DNA from: an uncultured virus (IMG/VR IMGVR_UViG_3300032296_004100)
Lineage: Duplodnaviria > Heunggongvirae > Uroviricota > Caudoviricetes
Virus record (IMG/VR): IMGVR_UViG_3300032296_004100
Reading direction: 5' to 3' (one strand)
Length of the DNA: 64,000 nucleotides
In this document: positions 1 through 10,853 of the stretch, in pieces
Layout of the letters: every line of letters starts with the position of its first letter
Position numbering within the stretch: position 1 is the stretch's first letter
Notes under the pieces: model-generated
Databases searched by the model: none
The model's input: only the letters and a program-made list of their open reading frames with translations
Told to the model about the DNA's origin: nothing
Translations under genes and position numbers: made by a program

Positions 1-465
1 ACCACTTGTTCCTGAAGTTCCTGATTCACCACTAGTGCCTGATGTACCATCAACTCCACTAGTTCCTGAAGTACCAGATTCACCACTAGTACCTGAAGTT
101 CCTGACTCACCACTTGTTCCTGAAGTTCCTGACTCACCACTTGTTCCTGATGTACCTGATTCACCACTCGTCCCTGAGGTTCCATCCACACCACTAGTGC
201 CTGATGTACCATCTACACCACTAGTGCCTGATGTACCATCTATACCACTTGTGCCCGAAGTTCCTGAAATACCACTTGTACCTGAAGTTCCTGAAATACC
301 ACTTGTCCCTGATGTACCATCTGACCCGCTGGTACCAGATGTCCCATCAACTCCTGAGGTTCCTGAAGTTCCATCAATTCCTGATGTCCCTGAAGTTCCT
401 GATGAACCAACACCACTAGTACCCGAAGAACCACTTGTTCCGCTTGTACCTGAAGTACCAGTAAC
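1..465 (-). repeat. Tandem 9/27-nt repeats encoding (Gly-Thr-Ser)n collagen-like triplets
   Basis: Near-identical units such as accacttgttcctgaagttcctgactc on the + strand; Gly at nearly every third residue on the - strand. Confidence 0.9.
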
Positions 466-1386
466 ACCTGTCACAACAACAGATGTTCCATCACTATTAT
501 TTAGAGTTAAATTTCCAGTACCTGAATTATATGTACCGCCAGTCAATACGCCAGTAAATCCTGAAATCGAAACTGTACCTCCCGTTGAATTATACAACTC
601 TAAAGTTGTTGAAGCAGAAAAATAGGTACCACCCGTAACCGTTGTTCCGCCACCCGAGGTGGTGATTCCTGTAACGGTTACCGATGTACCATCGCTATTG
701 TTTAAAGTTAAGGCTGAAGTTCCTGAGTTGTAAGTACCACCGGTGACAGTTCCTGTAAATCCTGTGATGGTAATTGTACCACCCGTACTATTGACTAAAT
801 CTAATTCCGTTGTTGCAGAATAATATGTACCACCAGTTATCTGTATGTCTGAACCCCAAAAAATTCTCCAACGAGCGTTTTCTCTTGTAACACCACTTTG
901 ACCTTCAATGGTTGAACCTGTCCACGCATTAATAAAAGAACTACCCTGAGTAGTGTCTGAATATGCCACATATCCCGAGCCTAAGTCAATTATTGAATCT
1001 ACCGCCAGAGCTGCATTAAAAAGTGCGTCATAGTTTGGGATTGTGTATTGGTAAACAGTATCATTTTCTTGAACATGTACCTGCATACCAAGCCTTCTTC
1101 TACCTGAAGAAATTCCATCGTTATAGAGATTTAATTCATTGGGAATATCAAATGGAGCATTGTAAGTAAAACTGATTGGAGTAGTATTACCACTAAATAA
1201 AACGGGACCTCCCTCACTAAGAACTGAAGATGGTATTGTCCAATTTAAATCAGAAAGTGTGTAAACTTCTTGGTATCCACCAACAAGTTCAACAGAAAAT
1301 GTTGTTCCAAAATCTTGGGTTCTTAATACCGAAGTAGGTGCACCAACTTGTACTGCAGAGGTAGGGTTTTTATATTGAAAACTCAT
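1..1386 (-). CDS. Collagen-like (Gly-Thr-Ser repeat) putative tail fibre/virion protein, 3' end truncated by window edge
   Basis: Not in the ORF track because it runs off the edge. ATG at 1386 gives [27 protein letters not shown]...[18 protein letters not shown]..., then repeated TGGTY modules, then G-X-Y repeats ([12 protein letters not shown]...) open to position 1. A TATTTAT motif lies upstream. Confidence 0.8.
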   Translation of the reverse strand, partial: MSFQYKNPTSAVQVGAPTSVLRTQDFGTTFSVELVGGYQEVYTLSDLNWTIPSSVLSEGGPVLFSGNTTPISFTYNAPFDIPNELNLYNDGISSGRRRLGMQVHVQENDTVYQYTIPNYDALFNAALAVDSIIDLGSGYVAYSDTTQGSSFINAWTGSTIEGQSGVTRENARWRIFWGSDIQITGGTYYSATTELDLVNSTGGTITITGFTGTVTGGTYNSGTSALTLNNSDGTSVTVTGITTSGGGTTVTGGTYFSASTTLELYNSTGGTVSISGFTGVLTGGTYNSGTGNLTLNNSDGTSVVVTGVTGTSGTSGTSGSSGTSGVGSSGTSGTSGIDGTSGTSGVDGTSGTSGSDGTSGTSGISGTSGTSGISGTSGTSGIDGTSGTSGVDGTSGTSGVDGTSGTSGESGTSGTSGESGTSGTSGESGTSGTSGESGTSGTSGVDGTSGTSGESGTSGTSG

Positions 1387-1403
1387 CAGGTATTTTTTTA
1401 ATT

Positions 1404-1410
1404 ATAAATA
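1404..1410 (-). promoter_or_regulatory. TATTTAT putative phage late-promoter motif (representative copy)
   Basis: The same 7-mer occurs on the coding strand shortly upstream of at least 15 genes on both strands (see findings). Confidence 0.7.
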
Positions 1411-1416
1411 CCTGAA

Positions 1417-3375
1417 TTAAGTTAAATTCCCCCCCCTAAAATAATAATTGTTACCATTGTTTGTAATATTTGAGCCATTACCAGGTTTTGTGGTGTAAAC
1501 TCGGTATACACCCGCTGGAATGTTGGTACCTCCAGTGTAATTTATAATCAAATTACTAAAGACAGTATTCATAACAAAGGGGGTTAATACGTTTGGATTT
1601 GTACCAATTTCAATATCAGAGTAAATTTGATTGTTTGTGGCACCAGTGGGTACTATCCATGTGTACCAAGCAACTTCTGCACTCGACACCGTTGAGGAGA
1701 GAACTTGTTCTGTTTGGAATTTGTAGGCGACAATTGGATTTCCAAAACTGTCATTACCACCTGATACCGATGAAACGTCAGCAACTTGAATTGATGGTTC
1801 AGAAGGACCCCATCCTGAGTAAGCAATGTAAGAATTCATTTGGGTATTAAAGGTTGCCTGTACTGAAGACGGGTTGGTAATATTGAATCCTCGGAAAGAA
1901 CTACCTTGTGATTGCATGTAAGCATTCAACGCAGCACGAATTGTACTGTCGTTTCTATCGATGAATAAATAAGCTTGTAATCCACCTTGGGTTGGAGTTG
2001 GTGTTGGTGTGGTAGTAGTAGTTGGTGTTTGTGTCGGTTCTGGGGTACCTGAAGGGGTTGGGGTCGGTGTTTGGGTTTCAGTGTTGGTTGGAGTATTTGT
2101 TGGAGTCTCAGTATTTGTTGGGGTTGGTGTTGGAGTGTCAGTATTTGTTGGGGTATTTGTTGGTGTTTCTGAAGGTGTTGCAGTAAGGGTGGTGGTTGTG
2201 GTAGGTGTTGGAGTTTGAGTTGGCGTTTCAGTTGGTGTAGCCGTAGGTGTTGATGTTTCAGTATTAGTTGGAGTATTGGTTGGCGTACCTGTTGGAGTTT
2301 CAGTGTTTGTTGGAGTATTGGTTGGTGTACCAGTTGGAGTTGGAGTTGGGGTTGATGTTTCCGTATTAGTTGGCGTATTTGTCGGAGTTTCAGTTGGTGT
2401 TGGAGTAATAGACGCCGTCACCGAAGGTGTCGGTGTATTACTTGGAGTTGCCGTTGGTGTTAAACCAATAGTGGCGGTCGGAGTTGGAGTTTGAGTTGGA
2501 GTTCCTGTTGGAGTATTTGTTGGAGTTTCAGTTGGTGTTGTTGTTAAAGTGGTAGTTGTTGTTGGAGTTTGTGTATTTGTTTGTGTTGGTGTTGGTGTTG
2601 CCGTTTCAGGTGCAGTTACTGATGGTGTGGGGGAGTTACTTGGTGTTTGTGTAGGTGTTGGTGTTTGAGTTTCCGTAGCGGTTGGAGTCAATCCAATAGT
2701 CACCGAGGGTGTTGGTGTATTAGTTGGTGTGGGAGTAACGGTAGCCGATGATGTCGGAGTTGGGGTCGCAAATACCGCAGTTGGTTCGATTAGAATTGTG
2801 TCACCAGTAAAAGAAAAACTCGAATCCCTGTTGAGCGCATCGAAATTAGCACTAGCCAAAAACGCAGTGGTAGAACCTGTCAAATTACCAGCACTGATAC
2901 CAATTGCTGATAAAGCATTATAACTTCCACCACTTGTGATACCTAAAATTTGCTCGATTTGAATATCAATACCAAAATCTAAAGCACGGTTTAACGTAGC
3001 CTCATATTCAATATCAATAGAACCAGGATTTACAAATGAAATTAAATCAAGTACAGCAATTGTTGGGGTAGGTGTTGGAGTAGAAGTATTTGTTGGAGTG
3101 GGTCCCGGAGGGGTTGGCGTAGGTGTAGGTGTCGGAGTTGCCGTTGGAGTACCAAGACATAAAACAACACCATTAATTAATTCATTTCTCGTTACAGAAA
3201 CAAAATAAGGGGTCGCACCAGTAGAATTTATGTAAATATCAAAGGGACCAATCGCGTTAGATGTGTTTGGAAGTCTGATAATAAAACACTCCGAACCGGT
3301 AACATTTACCTGTTGTTCAACGGAGGTGTCACACCCATCCGCCCTATTGACACATATAATAGTTTCTAACGCCAT
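1417..3375 (-). CDS. Thr/Pro-rich (mucin-like) putative virion surface protein
   Basis: 652 aa; about 260-aa [11 protein letters not shown] tract separating globular N- and C-terminal domains; TATTTAT motif upstream. Confidence 0.75.
   Translation of the reverse strand: MALETIICVNRADGCDTSVEQQVNVTGSECFIIRLPNTSNAIGPFDIYINSTGATPYFVSVTRNELINGVVLCLGTPTATPTPTPTPTPPGPTPTNTSTPTPTPTIAVLDLISFVNPGSIDIEYEATLNRALDFGIDIQIEQILGITSGGSYNALSAIGISAGNLTGSTTAFLASANFDALNRDSSFSFTGDTILIEPTAVFATPTPTSSATVTPTPTNTPTPSVTIGLTPTATETQTPTPTQTPSNSPTPSVTAPETATPTPTQTNTQTPTTTTTLTTTPTETPTNTPTGTPTQTPTPTATIGLTPTATPSNTPTPSVTASITPTPTETPTNTPTNTETSTPTPTPTGTPTNTPTNTETPTGTPTNTPTNTETSTPTATPTETPTQTPTPTTTTTLTATPSETPTNTPTNTDTPTPTPTNTETPTNTPTNTETQTPTPTPSGTPEPTQTPTTTTTPTPTPTQGGLQAYLFIDRNDSTIRAALNAYMQSQGSSFRGFNITNPSSVQATFNTQMNSYIAYSGWGPSEPSIQVADVSSVSGGNDSFGNPIVAYKFQTEQVLSSTVSSAEVAWYTWIVPTGATNNQIYSDIEIGTNPNVLTPFVMNTVFSNLIINYTGGTNIPAGVYRVYTTKPGNGSNITNNGNNYYFRGGNLT
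1990..2770 (-). repeat. Low-complexity Thr-Pro repeat tract
   Basis: gttggtgt/gttggagt-type repeats on the + strand encoding TPTPT/TPTNT on the - strand. Confidence 0.9.
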
Positions 3376-3439
3376 GATTTTCTATAATAAATACTAAAGA
3401 TTACCTCTTTTTAATTTTTATTAACACCTTTTTTCCATT

Positions 3440-3808
3440 TTATGAAACCAACTCCAATGTTGGTTCCGCCGCACAATTAGTTTCAATAACCGTTGTTTCA
3501 AATAAACAAGAAGATTCTGTTACCGTCATGGTTACCACACAACTTGCAGATTCAACTGAAATTATAAATCCACAGCCGAATGAACAATCTAAAATCACAA
3601 ATTTTTCACACCCATTATTATCAATAAGGGTGACCATAATCTGTGGAGCAGAATTAAATAAAGAAGGCGGATAAAAACGAGCCGCAGGAGGAATCACCCC
3701 TGTGTTTGTTATTGTACCAATTAAAGTTGAATTGTTTCCATAGATGTCGGAAACAAATACACTTATTGGAACACTACCAGAAACCGCTTCAATTCTTATC
3801 TGTGTCAT
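3440..3808 (-). CDS. Hypothetical small Cys-containing virion-associated protein
   Basis: ORF in the structural cluster; the MTQIRIE start (3808) overlaps the stop of the upstream gene, preferred over the track start at 3817. Confidence 0.6.
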   Translation of the reverse strand: MTQIRIEAVSGSVPISVFVSDIYGNNSTLIGTITNTGVIPPAARFYPPSLFNSAPQIMVTLIDNNGCEKFVILDCSFGCGFIISVESASCVVTMTVTESSCLFETTVIETNCAAEPTLELVS

Positions 3809-6800
3809 GTTAAGCAAATGATGTCATATACTATAATTAGTTTGACACTCAATTCTTGACCGATGATTGAACTATTTGGATTAGCGGAAATCGAAATTTG
3901 ATTTGTCAATGGGTCTATCGTGACTGATAATACTCCACTAACACCCTGAAGTAAGTTGGTGATTTCGGTAAACCAAGTGTTGTCACTTGGGACATCTACC
4001 AAAGTAGTTCCTGTGTAGAATGTGTTACTTATTACAGTGTTTTGAGGTTGAACTTCCACCTGTGCCGTAAACACCGCAGACAATAAAGTACAATTTGTAT
4101 TACCTGAGGTGAGGTCATTGAAACCTTCAACCAAAATTTGATTTATTCCGTGTTTGGTCGGAGAGAGAATATTGAATACCTCAGAACCCATAGTGTAGGT
4201 CTGATAAGTAACACACTTAGCATTACATTCAATACTTGTTTGTCTGGCAAGGGAACATCCATTAACATCTTGGACTATTAGGGTATAAGTCCCCCCCGTT
4301 AAACCCGTGACAGAAATGTTCTGTGGGTTACCTTGAATATTATTACTCCAAGTGAAGGTATATGGTGCAATTCCTTGGGTGATAAATGCCGTAAGGGTAC
4401 CTTCACTCCCTGAACCACAAGATGTGGAATAAAGTGAGAAGTCCACCGCAGGGGTGGATGTCATCGTAAATGGTGTTGAGAGGGTACATCCCGAAGCATC
4501 TGTAATACTCAAGAGGTGTTGACCCACTGTGACATTTGAGAAGGTTACAGTGGTTAAAAATGAACCAACAATATTGTTTGTTCCGTCAATAGAATAGGTG
4601 ACGGGTAAGGTTGCCCCTGATGAAATCGTAACATCTAAGATTCCTTGGGGGTTACCACAAGTTGAACCTGTTATGGAAAGGGATGTCGTGAATTTTTCCT
4701 CGGCAATTAGGGTAACTTCTGTTGAATATACACAACCTGTGGTGTCTTCAACAAAAATGGTATAAGTACCAGTTTCTAAATTGGGAAATACTTCGGTTGT
4801 TTGATTACTTGTTACAACATCGGTATTTGCGTTGGGGTCAATTATGGTATAGGTATATGGTGATACTCCTCCGATTACCTGAACAGTGATACTACCGTTT
4901 GTTGAGGAACATACGGAATTTGTTGTCGATACATTAACCGATGATATTCCACCAGGACTTGTTATAGATGTGGTAGCGTTAAAACTACAAAGTGCAGCAT
5001 CGGTTACTTGGAAAGAATAGTTCCCACTTGATAATCCTGATATGGAAAGACTTGTTGCATATGAAATTTCAACATATCCTGTACTTGCAGAATAGTAGTA
5101 CGGTGCCGTCCCCCCCGTTAAGGTAATGGTGACACTTCCGTTTGCTTCGAAACAAGTGGGAGGAACTGAGGTAAATGCCCCAAGACCAACTGGTTCAACT
5201 TCCGTCACAAGAGCATTTTGTGTTAACTGACATCCGTAAAAGTCGGTAACCTGAACCGAGTACACTCCAGGTGTCAACCCTGTAATGCTACTTGTTGTTT
5301 GTCCGTCATTCCACAAATAAGAGAACGGTGGTGTACCTGTTACTCCCGTTACAAATATTTTACCAATTGGAAAAGTGTTACACGAAGCATCAGGGACAAC
5401 ATATAACCCATAATTTAATGGTGAAGATTGTTGAACAATAAAGTTTTGGCTGTAACCTGTAGCACCCCCTAAATCAAATCCGTATAGGTAGTAAGTACCC
5501 GCAGATAAACTTGTAAATTCAACAGTACCCGTGTTTGTGACCGCTGAGGTGATATAGGTGTCATCCCCAGTGTATAGATAGTAGTTCGTTGTGGCAAAAA
5601 CCGATGAAGATGTCCCCGTTACCGAACCATTGTCCAAACCACAAGTGGTAGAGTTTACATTTAAAACCGAAACACATAAACAATCCGATACAATGATGTT
5701 AATAAAAAACTCACTGTTGACTGGAAGTTGTGAATCGTTGGCTCTAACAAAATAAGTTCCCGCTGGGAGATTGTCTTTAAATGGTCCAAGACCCAATTCA
5801 GGATTGTACCAATCAAAGGTATACGGGCCAACACCGCCCGAAGGTTCAATCAAAACCGCTCCAAATCCAGTTTGACAAGCACCCGTTACATTTAAGGTAT
5901 AATCAAACACCAACCCGTTACCAAATCCTGGCGAACTTGACGAAGGTGTTGGGGTTACAGGGATTAATGTTGTTGTTGGAGTAGGAGTGTTTGTAGGGGT
6001 TACAAGTACTGGTGTTGTTGTTGGTGTTTGAGTGTTTGTAGGGGTTACAAGGATTGGTGTTGAAGTGGGGGAAGGTGTGATTGTTGGTGTTGGAGTTACA
6101 GAAATTCCACAAGGGTCACTAAAACATGTTGAAATGAAGGTATCATTTACCTCTCCATTTGGTGGTCCAATAAATAATGGGTCAAATGGGTAAGTGTCTC
6201 CTGAGTATAAAGTAGATGAAAAAGTTAACGAGGTTGTTATGGATTGCCCCGACAAGGAACAAATGTTAAATACTAAGTTAGATGATGTTCCCACCACTTG
6301 TGTTGGCGTCCCATCACAAGCTGTGTAATTTACATAAACATTTCCATCGTCAGCTAAAGTTGGTAAAGAAGAACCAATTTCCATTTCGGTGCATTCACAA
6401 CATGGGAAATTCAATAAACACGGAGCACAGCCATCATATGTTATCAAAACTTGTGGACCACCTGAACCGCCCAATGAACTCACCGTATAACATGTGTCAT
6501 TATAAACCGTAACGGTGCCAATCGGAGGTCCCCCCGAGTTAATTATCTCAGCATCTAATGTATCGGTTGGGTCGCAGCAATTTACCAATATCACATTAGT
6601 GGAGGCAGAAAATGAAAGACAAGCCCCACCGTAGTCGAATTGACATTGGTCACAATCCGCAGTTCCATTTGTAATGGTACCAAAACCCGGTGGGGTGTAG
6701 TTAACTAACGAACCCTCTTGAGTGGTCGTAGCGGACCAACAAATATCACCATTAATTGTATCTCCTGTAGATACGTAAGTTAACCCGTCAACAAAAGAAC

Positions 6801-6894
6801 CTATCGAACCGTCAATTACAGGATTACAGGGGTTAATACTAAAACTACCATCACCGTTACAACAAGTTAAAAATATGTTATTAACACAAGACAT
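3805..6894 (-). CDS. SprB-repeat-containing putative adhesin/tail fibre protein
   Basis: Repeats of the type C..NGS(I/V)T....GG..PY.Y.W......L..G.Y...(V)TD..GC, typical of Bacteroidota SprB repeats; Cys-rich N-terminus and a TP linker. Confidence 0.75.
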   Translation of the reverse strand: MSCVNNIFLTCCNGDGSFSINPCNPVIDGSIGSFVDGLTYVSTGDTINGDICWSATTTQEGSLVNYTPPGFGTITNGTADCDQCQFDYGGACLSFSASTNVILVNCCDPTDTLDAEIINSGGPPIGTVTVYNDTCYTVSSLGGSGGPQVLITYDGCAPCLLNFPCCECTEMEIGSSLPTLADDGNVYVNYTACDGTPTQVVGTSSNLVFNICSLSGQSITTSLTFSSTLYSGDTYPFDPLFIGPPNGEVNDTFISTCFSDPCGISVTPTPTITPSPTSTPILVTPTNTQTPTTTPVLVTPTNTPTPTTTLIPVTPTPSSSSPGFGNGLVFDYTLNVTGACQTGFGAVLIEPSGGVGPYTFDWYNPELGLGPFKDNLPAGTYFVRANDSQLPVNSEFFINIIVSDCLCVSVLNVNSTTCGLDNGSVTGTSSSVFATTNYYLYTGDDTYITSAVTNTGTVEFTSLSAGTYYLYGFDLGGATGYSQNFIVQQSSPLNYGLYVVPDASCNTFPIGKIFVTGVTGTPPFSYLWNDGQTTSSITGLTPGVYSVQVTDFYGCQLTQNALVTEVEPVGLGAFTSVPPTCFEANGSVTITLTGGTAPYYYSASTGYVEISYATSLSISGLSSGNYSFQVTDAALCSFNATTSITSPGGISSVNVSTTNSVCSSTNGSITVQVIGGVSPYTYTIIDPNANTDVVTSNQTTEVFPNLETGTYTIFVEDTTGCVYSTEVTLIAEEKFTTSLSITGSTCGNPQGILDVTISSGATLPVTYSIDGTNNIVGSFLTTVTFSNVTVGQHLLSITDASGCTLSTPFTMTSTPAVDFSLYSTSCGSGSEGTLTAFITQGIAPYTFTWSNNIQGNPQNISVTGLTGGTYTLIVQDVNGCSLARQTSIECNAKCVTYQTYTMGSEVFNILSPTKHGINQILVEGFNDLTSGNTNCTLLSAVFTAQVEVQPQNTVISNTFYTGTTLVDVPSDNTWFTEITNLLQGVSGVLSVTIDPLTNQISISANPNSSIIGQELSVKLIIVYDIICLT

Positions 6895-6895
6895 T

Positions 6896-9800
6896 TTACG
6901 ACACGATTAGTTCTTCCTCTAATTGACTTTGAATTACCTCAGGACAATCAAGACTTATGTTTATTCCCACACTAAGGGATACCTCTTGTAAAGAATTCTC
7001 CAACACACAATTCAAATTGGTAATTGTAAGAAAGTTTCCATTTAAAGTATAAGTGTATCCGTACTGATATAAATTATTAAGATTATTAATTAGTGTTTGT
7101 CTCCAAAGTAATGCTGTTGGTACATCATTAATACCATAACCTTGATAGAGGGGAACACTTATAATAATTTGGTTTCCGATGGTTAAATTAAGTGACCATT
7201 CAGATGAAATTGAATTAGGATTGTATAACCCTTGGTTCGACCCTATCGAAATCAAATAGTTATTGACCCTGTTTGTTAAAATCGATTGGAAGTCTGAAAC
7301 CGTAACATCTCCATTTAACCAAGGAAAAATGAAGAAATCCACATATTCAGTATTACAATCGTAATCGAATATGTTTGAAATAATAAAACAAGGTTGTGAT
7401 TCAACAGGAATCAACTGACAACCCCTTTGTCTACGATAGACGAACTTCTGTTTGTGGAAAACAGAGTTTTCCAATCTTGTTCCCGCATTCCAAAGAGTAC
7501 TTGCGGCAATCATCTGTTCGATTAACTTTGGCCAAAATGGACCCATGGCATCAACATACTCAATTAACTTTTGATAGGTATATTTGTTGTTTGGTAGACC
7601 AACAGTCTGTTCAGATTGGATGTACTTCCAAAAGATAGATTGAAGTGTTGGATAACCCCCCGTTTTACCATCGGTGATATAAAGACGATTACGGGTGTTA
7701 ATCATATTTTGCCAAAATGTCTGATAAAACTCAAAGAATGTTTTCTTCTGTGGCTCAGGGTCAATAAAGGTATCATCGATTCCACTTGGTGAGGAGAAGT
7801 TACCAGTGAAACCTGACTCAGGAATTGGGTAGTTATACAACCTTGATTGATTCCAAACATCATACGCCAATCCCTGACCGACATTCATAAATAAATCTAT
7901 GTTCTTGACATTAAGAACAAGTTTTTCATCATCGGTAAAGTAATAAGCCTCGTAACCTGATTGAGTATCAACTCTTAGCCTGTTGTCAGTTTGTAGCCAA
8001 GATTTTTTGTTATCAGGAACTTTTCTCAGTTTGTAGGAATCCGTCATATACGGAAATTGTTCATACCTTTGAAGGTATATTCCCCCATATGTGAAAGGTT
8101 GAAGTTGAGTTTGAACATCCACATTTTGACCCGTAAAGACATCGCCTGTCACTGTGACTTGGTTAGGACTTCTGTGGTCGGGGGTTTGCTCATACCAACC
8201 AGCACCTTCCTGAAAGAACACACCGTTGGTTCCAGTTGGGTTAGGGGATTGAGGAAAACCAAGTTCATCGACAGGATAGTCGTTTCTTCGGATATTAACA
8301 GTTTGGAAAGTTGTAGATGTAGTGTAGGCAGTGAAGAGTTGACCTCTTATTGAGAATGTATTACCAGGTGATAGCGCTGGTTGTTCATTTATGAATGTTC
8401 CCCCCGATAACTGAGCAAACTGAGAGTTAAAGTTTTCCATATTAACTCTTTGGTCAGCCAAGTAGATGTACTCATTGAAATCTATAAGTGCTTCGGGAGC
8501 TCCGATTAAACGAAGTAAAAATTCAATTGACCTTCTTGTACCTTTTGATTTAAAAAGGTATGCCGAGTTTAATACTAAGTTTCTGTAGAATTGATAATTT
8601 AATTCAGTCGGAGTCTGAGCCCTTGAAAAACCAGGGTATTCAATTTGTGTGGTATTACCAAATACACTCGAAAGAAAATCTTCATTTGTAATTGGTGAGA
8701 AATTGTTACTCCACCCTAAAGTTTGAGATAAGTTAAATAACAATTGGGAGGGAATATCATTTTGTGGTACATAATGAACTGAGTTCATGTTTGCTAACGC
8801 ATCGATATATTGTTTGATTTGGTCAAAACTCCTACCGTAAATCTGAAGGATTTTTTCAACCTTTTGACCTAAGGTATCAAATTCTTTGATTGAATCTGTC
8901 ACCAAAAATCTTGAAATAAGGTTTGTCTTGTAGGTATCCAAATCTTCCGCAACATCGGCAAGGCTTGTAAGATAGTTGTCAAATCTAAATGAACTAATAT
9001 CTAAGTTATAGATACCATCTTTAGGGAAAGTCACTTGAACATAAGATGTGTAGAACTGACCCCCTTGGTTTTGTGCCGGTACTTGGAAATTGGCAGTGTA
9101 TTCAGGACGGATAAGACGGTTCATTAAGAACTGTTCAACCTCGTCATAGTTTTCTTGGAAGACTTTATCAACAATGTAATTGCTTGGTCTAATCAAAAAG
9201 TCCTCGTCAGTACTTGAAACACCCGAAGCAAATGCAGACCCCGAAACAACAAACTCCAAATTTCCTGAAATCTGTGTGGCAGGTGCAACATAATCTACAA
9301 CAGGATATGTCTGTCCTTGGTAATCTAAAACATAATTTAAAAAACCACGAGTTAGATTTCTGTATTGTGAGGTTTCAATCTCCCTCACCATCATGTTAGT
9401 TGTAGCACTCTGTGAGAACTCTATCTGAAATGGATTGTATACACTACCAACAGGAATTAGGAATGTTGTTTCATCTTCGATAGGGTCATAGGATATGTTT
9501 GTTGCAGTTTGACCTGTTGTAAAATCTGGCATCACCTTACGGATATCCAAAGCCGCAGGAAAGAAATTAATAATATGTGTAACCGAAACCTGTAATCTCT
9601 TGGCTAATGAACCATATAAAGAAAAGTTAAGAACTTGTGAAACATCATAATTTGGATAAACTCTAAATTGTGATTGAATGATTCTTCTACTTTCCTCCAT
9701 GGAGTTTATATCCAAATCCTCTAAAGAAATCGGATTGGAGAATGTACCAATAGAAAAAGTCCGATTAACCTTTTCAGTTACCGAGGTGGTAAAGTCAAAT

Positions 9801-9916
9801 ACCGACGAAGTAAGTCCTCCCCCTTCGACAAGTTGAAAACCAACTATGTCGTCAAACGCACCCGTACCGTTACCAGGTGCTGGAGGATAAAAAAACTTCG
9901 TCGTATTAACCGCCAT
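6896..9916 (-). CDS. Baseplate wedge / P2 gpI-like tail protein
   Basis: LLFNLSQTLGW...YLFKSKGTRRSIEFLLRLIG resembles the KGT motif of gpI/gp7-type wedge proteins; baseplate gene context. Confidence 0.6.
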   Translation of the reverse strand: MAVNTTKFFYPPAPGNGTGAFDDIVGFQLVEGGGLTSSVFDFTTSVTEKVNRTFSIGTFSNPISLEDLDINSMEESRRIIQSQFRVYPNYDVSQVLNFSLYGSLAKRLQVSVTHIINFFPAALDIRKVMPDFTTGQTATNISYDPIEDETTFLIPVGSVYNPFQIEFSQSATTNMMVREIETSQYRNLTRGFLNYVLDYQGQTYPVVDYVAPATQISGNLEFVVSGSAFASGVSSTDEDFLIRPSNYIVDKVFQENYDEVEQFLMNRLIRPEYTANFQVPAQNQGGQFYTSYVQVTFPKDGIYNLDISSFRFDNYLTSLADVAEDLDTYKTNLISRFLVTDSIKEFDTLGQKVEKILQIYGRSFDQIKQYIDALANMNSVHYVPQNDIPSQLLFNLSQTLGWSNNFSPITNEDFLSSVFGNTTQIEYPGFSRAQTPTELNYQFYRNLVLNSAYLFKSKGTRRSIEFLLRLIGAPEALIDFNEYIYLADQRVNMENFNSQFAQLSGGTFINEQPALSPGNTFSIRGQLFTAYTTSTTFQTVNIRRNDYPVDELGFPQSPNPTGTNGVFFQEGAGWYEQTPDHRSPNQVTVTGDVFTGQNVDVQTQLQPFTYGGIYLQRYEQFPYMTDSYKLRKVPDNKKSWLQTDNRLRVDTQSGYEAYYFTDDEKLVLNVKNIDLFMNVGQGLAYDVWNQSRLYNYPIPESGFTGNFSSPSGIDDTFIDPEPQKKTFFEFYQTFWQNMINTRNRLYITDGKTGGYPTLQSIFWKYIQSEQTVGLPNNKYTYQKLIEYVDAMGPFWPKLIEQMIAASTLWNAGTRLENSVFHKQKFVYRRQRGCQLIPVESQPCFIISNIFDYDCNTEYVDFFIFPWLNGDVTVSDFQSILTNRVNNYLISIGSNQGLYNPNSISSEWSLNLTIGNQIIISVPLYQGYGINDVPTALLWRQTLINNLNNLYQYGYTYTLNGNFLTITNLNCVLENSLQEVSLSVGINISLDCPEVIQSQLEEELIVS

Positions 9917-10824
9917 TACCCGACTATTGTTGTGAAGTTTTTAGTAAAATCAATGTTAGCTCCCCTATCTTGACGAACCTCATATAGAAGTGCGTTAAAC
10001 TGGTCACGAATCTCAAATAAGTTGTATTGTTTGTAGATATTGTTATCACTGTCGTAGATAGTGTAAACTCCATCTTCAATACTCTTGGTTTGATTTCCAT
10101 AAAGGGCAATTGCCAGAGATGAAATATCGTACTCAACCATGTCAACCTCAATGGTTACAGGGTTAAAGAAAGTATTTGAAATAATAATGTTTTGAGCAGG
10201 TTGACCGATAAATGGTGTTGCGTTCGGTTTATTGGTCGGTGATGACGATGGTGAAACCGTACAGAACATAAGGTTAGTAACCCCGTCAACATAGCGATAA
10301 CGAATTGCTTTCTGTGTTGTATTAACCTGATTAACAACTACCGGCTCACAAAAGAAATTTGAAGTTATAATTCTAAAAAAGTTTGGAATTTTAGACCCGT
10401 CAGAGTTTAAGTATTCCACTCTAAAACCAATCAATCCTTGTGGTGTAAACTTATTCCTAAATTGGCTTGGCACATTAGTAAGGTCAATAATAATACCTTT
10501 AACATTGGGAAGGGCCGACAACACACCACAATCTGTAATTGATGTTCTGATTTGTGCGGGTCTTAACATCATAGTGTATATCCCCACCTGATTAAAGACA
10601 TCAGCTGGTAGGGTAAGGTTGTATAACCCACCCAAAACTTCCACATTAGCATTACCGCCAGTGGTTGCGTTATTAAAGTAAGGTCTGAGAACCGATGGTG
10701 CGTCCAATGATGTTAACACAAAATCAGCTGTTTCATCCCTTGAGGGTGTATAATTCAAGATGATTTCTACATCTTCAGGAGATACATCCGCCGTTCTTAG
10801 TGTGCCATAGGTTCCGATTGCCAT
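9916..10824 (-). CDS. Hypothetical phage structural protein
   Basis: 302-aa beta-rich ORF whose stop overlaps the start of the downstream gene; TATTTAT motif upstream. Confidence 0.6.
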   Translation of the reverse strand: MAIGTYGTLRTADVSPEDVEIILNYTPSRDETADFVLTSLDAPSVLRPYFNNATTGGNANVEVLGGLYNLTLPADVFNQVGIYTMMLRPAQIRTSITDCGVLSALPNVKGIIIDLTNVPSQFRNKFTPQGLIGFRVEYLNSDGSKIPNFFRIITSNFFCEPVVVNQVNTTQKAIRYRYVDGVTNLMFCTVSPSSSPTNKPNATPFIGQPAQNIIISNTFFNPVTIEVDMVEYDISSLAIALYGNQTKSIEDGVYTIYDSDNNIYKQYNLFEIRDQFNALLYEVRQDRGANIDFTKNFTTIVG

Positions 10825-10853
10825 TTGAAAAGTTTCTTATTTTTATAAATAGT

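Noticed and set aside
35..625. Plus-strand 196-aa VPEVP-repeat ORF
   Set aside because: Antisense shadow of the minus-strand Gly-Thr-Ser collagen-like gene, which has a proper start, an upstream motif and matching operon orientation.
1..2770. Possible CRISPR array in the repetitive left end
   Set aside because: The repeats are codon-periodic and degenerate at third positions with no unique spacers; no cas genes are present.
2009..2923. Plus-strand Val/Gly-repeat ORFs
   Set aside because: Antisense shadows of the Thr/Pro tract.
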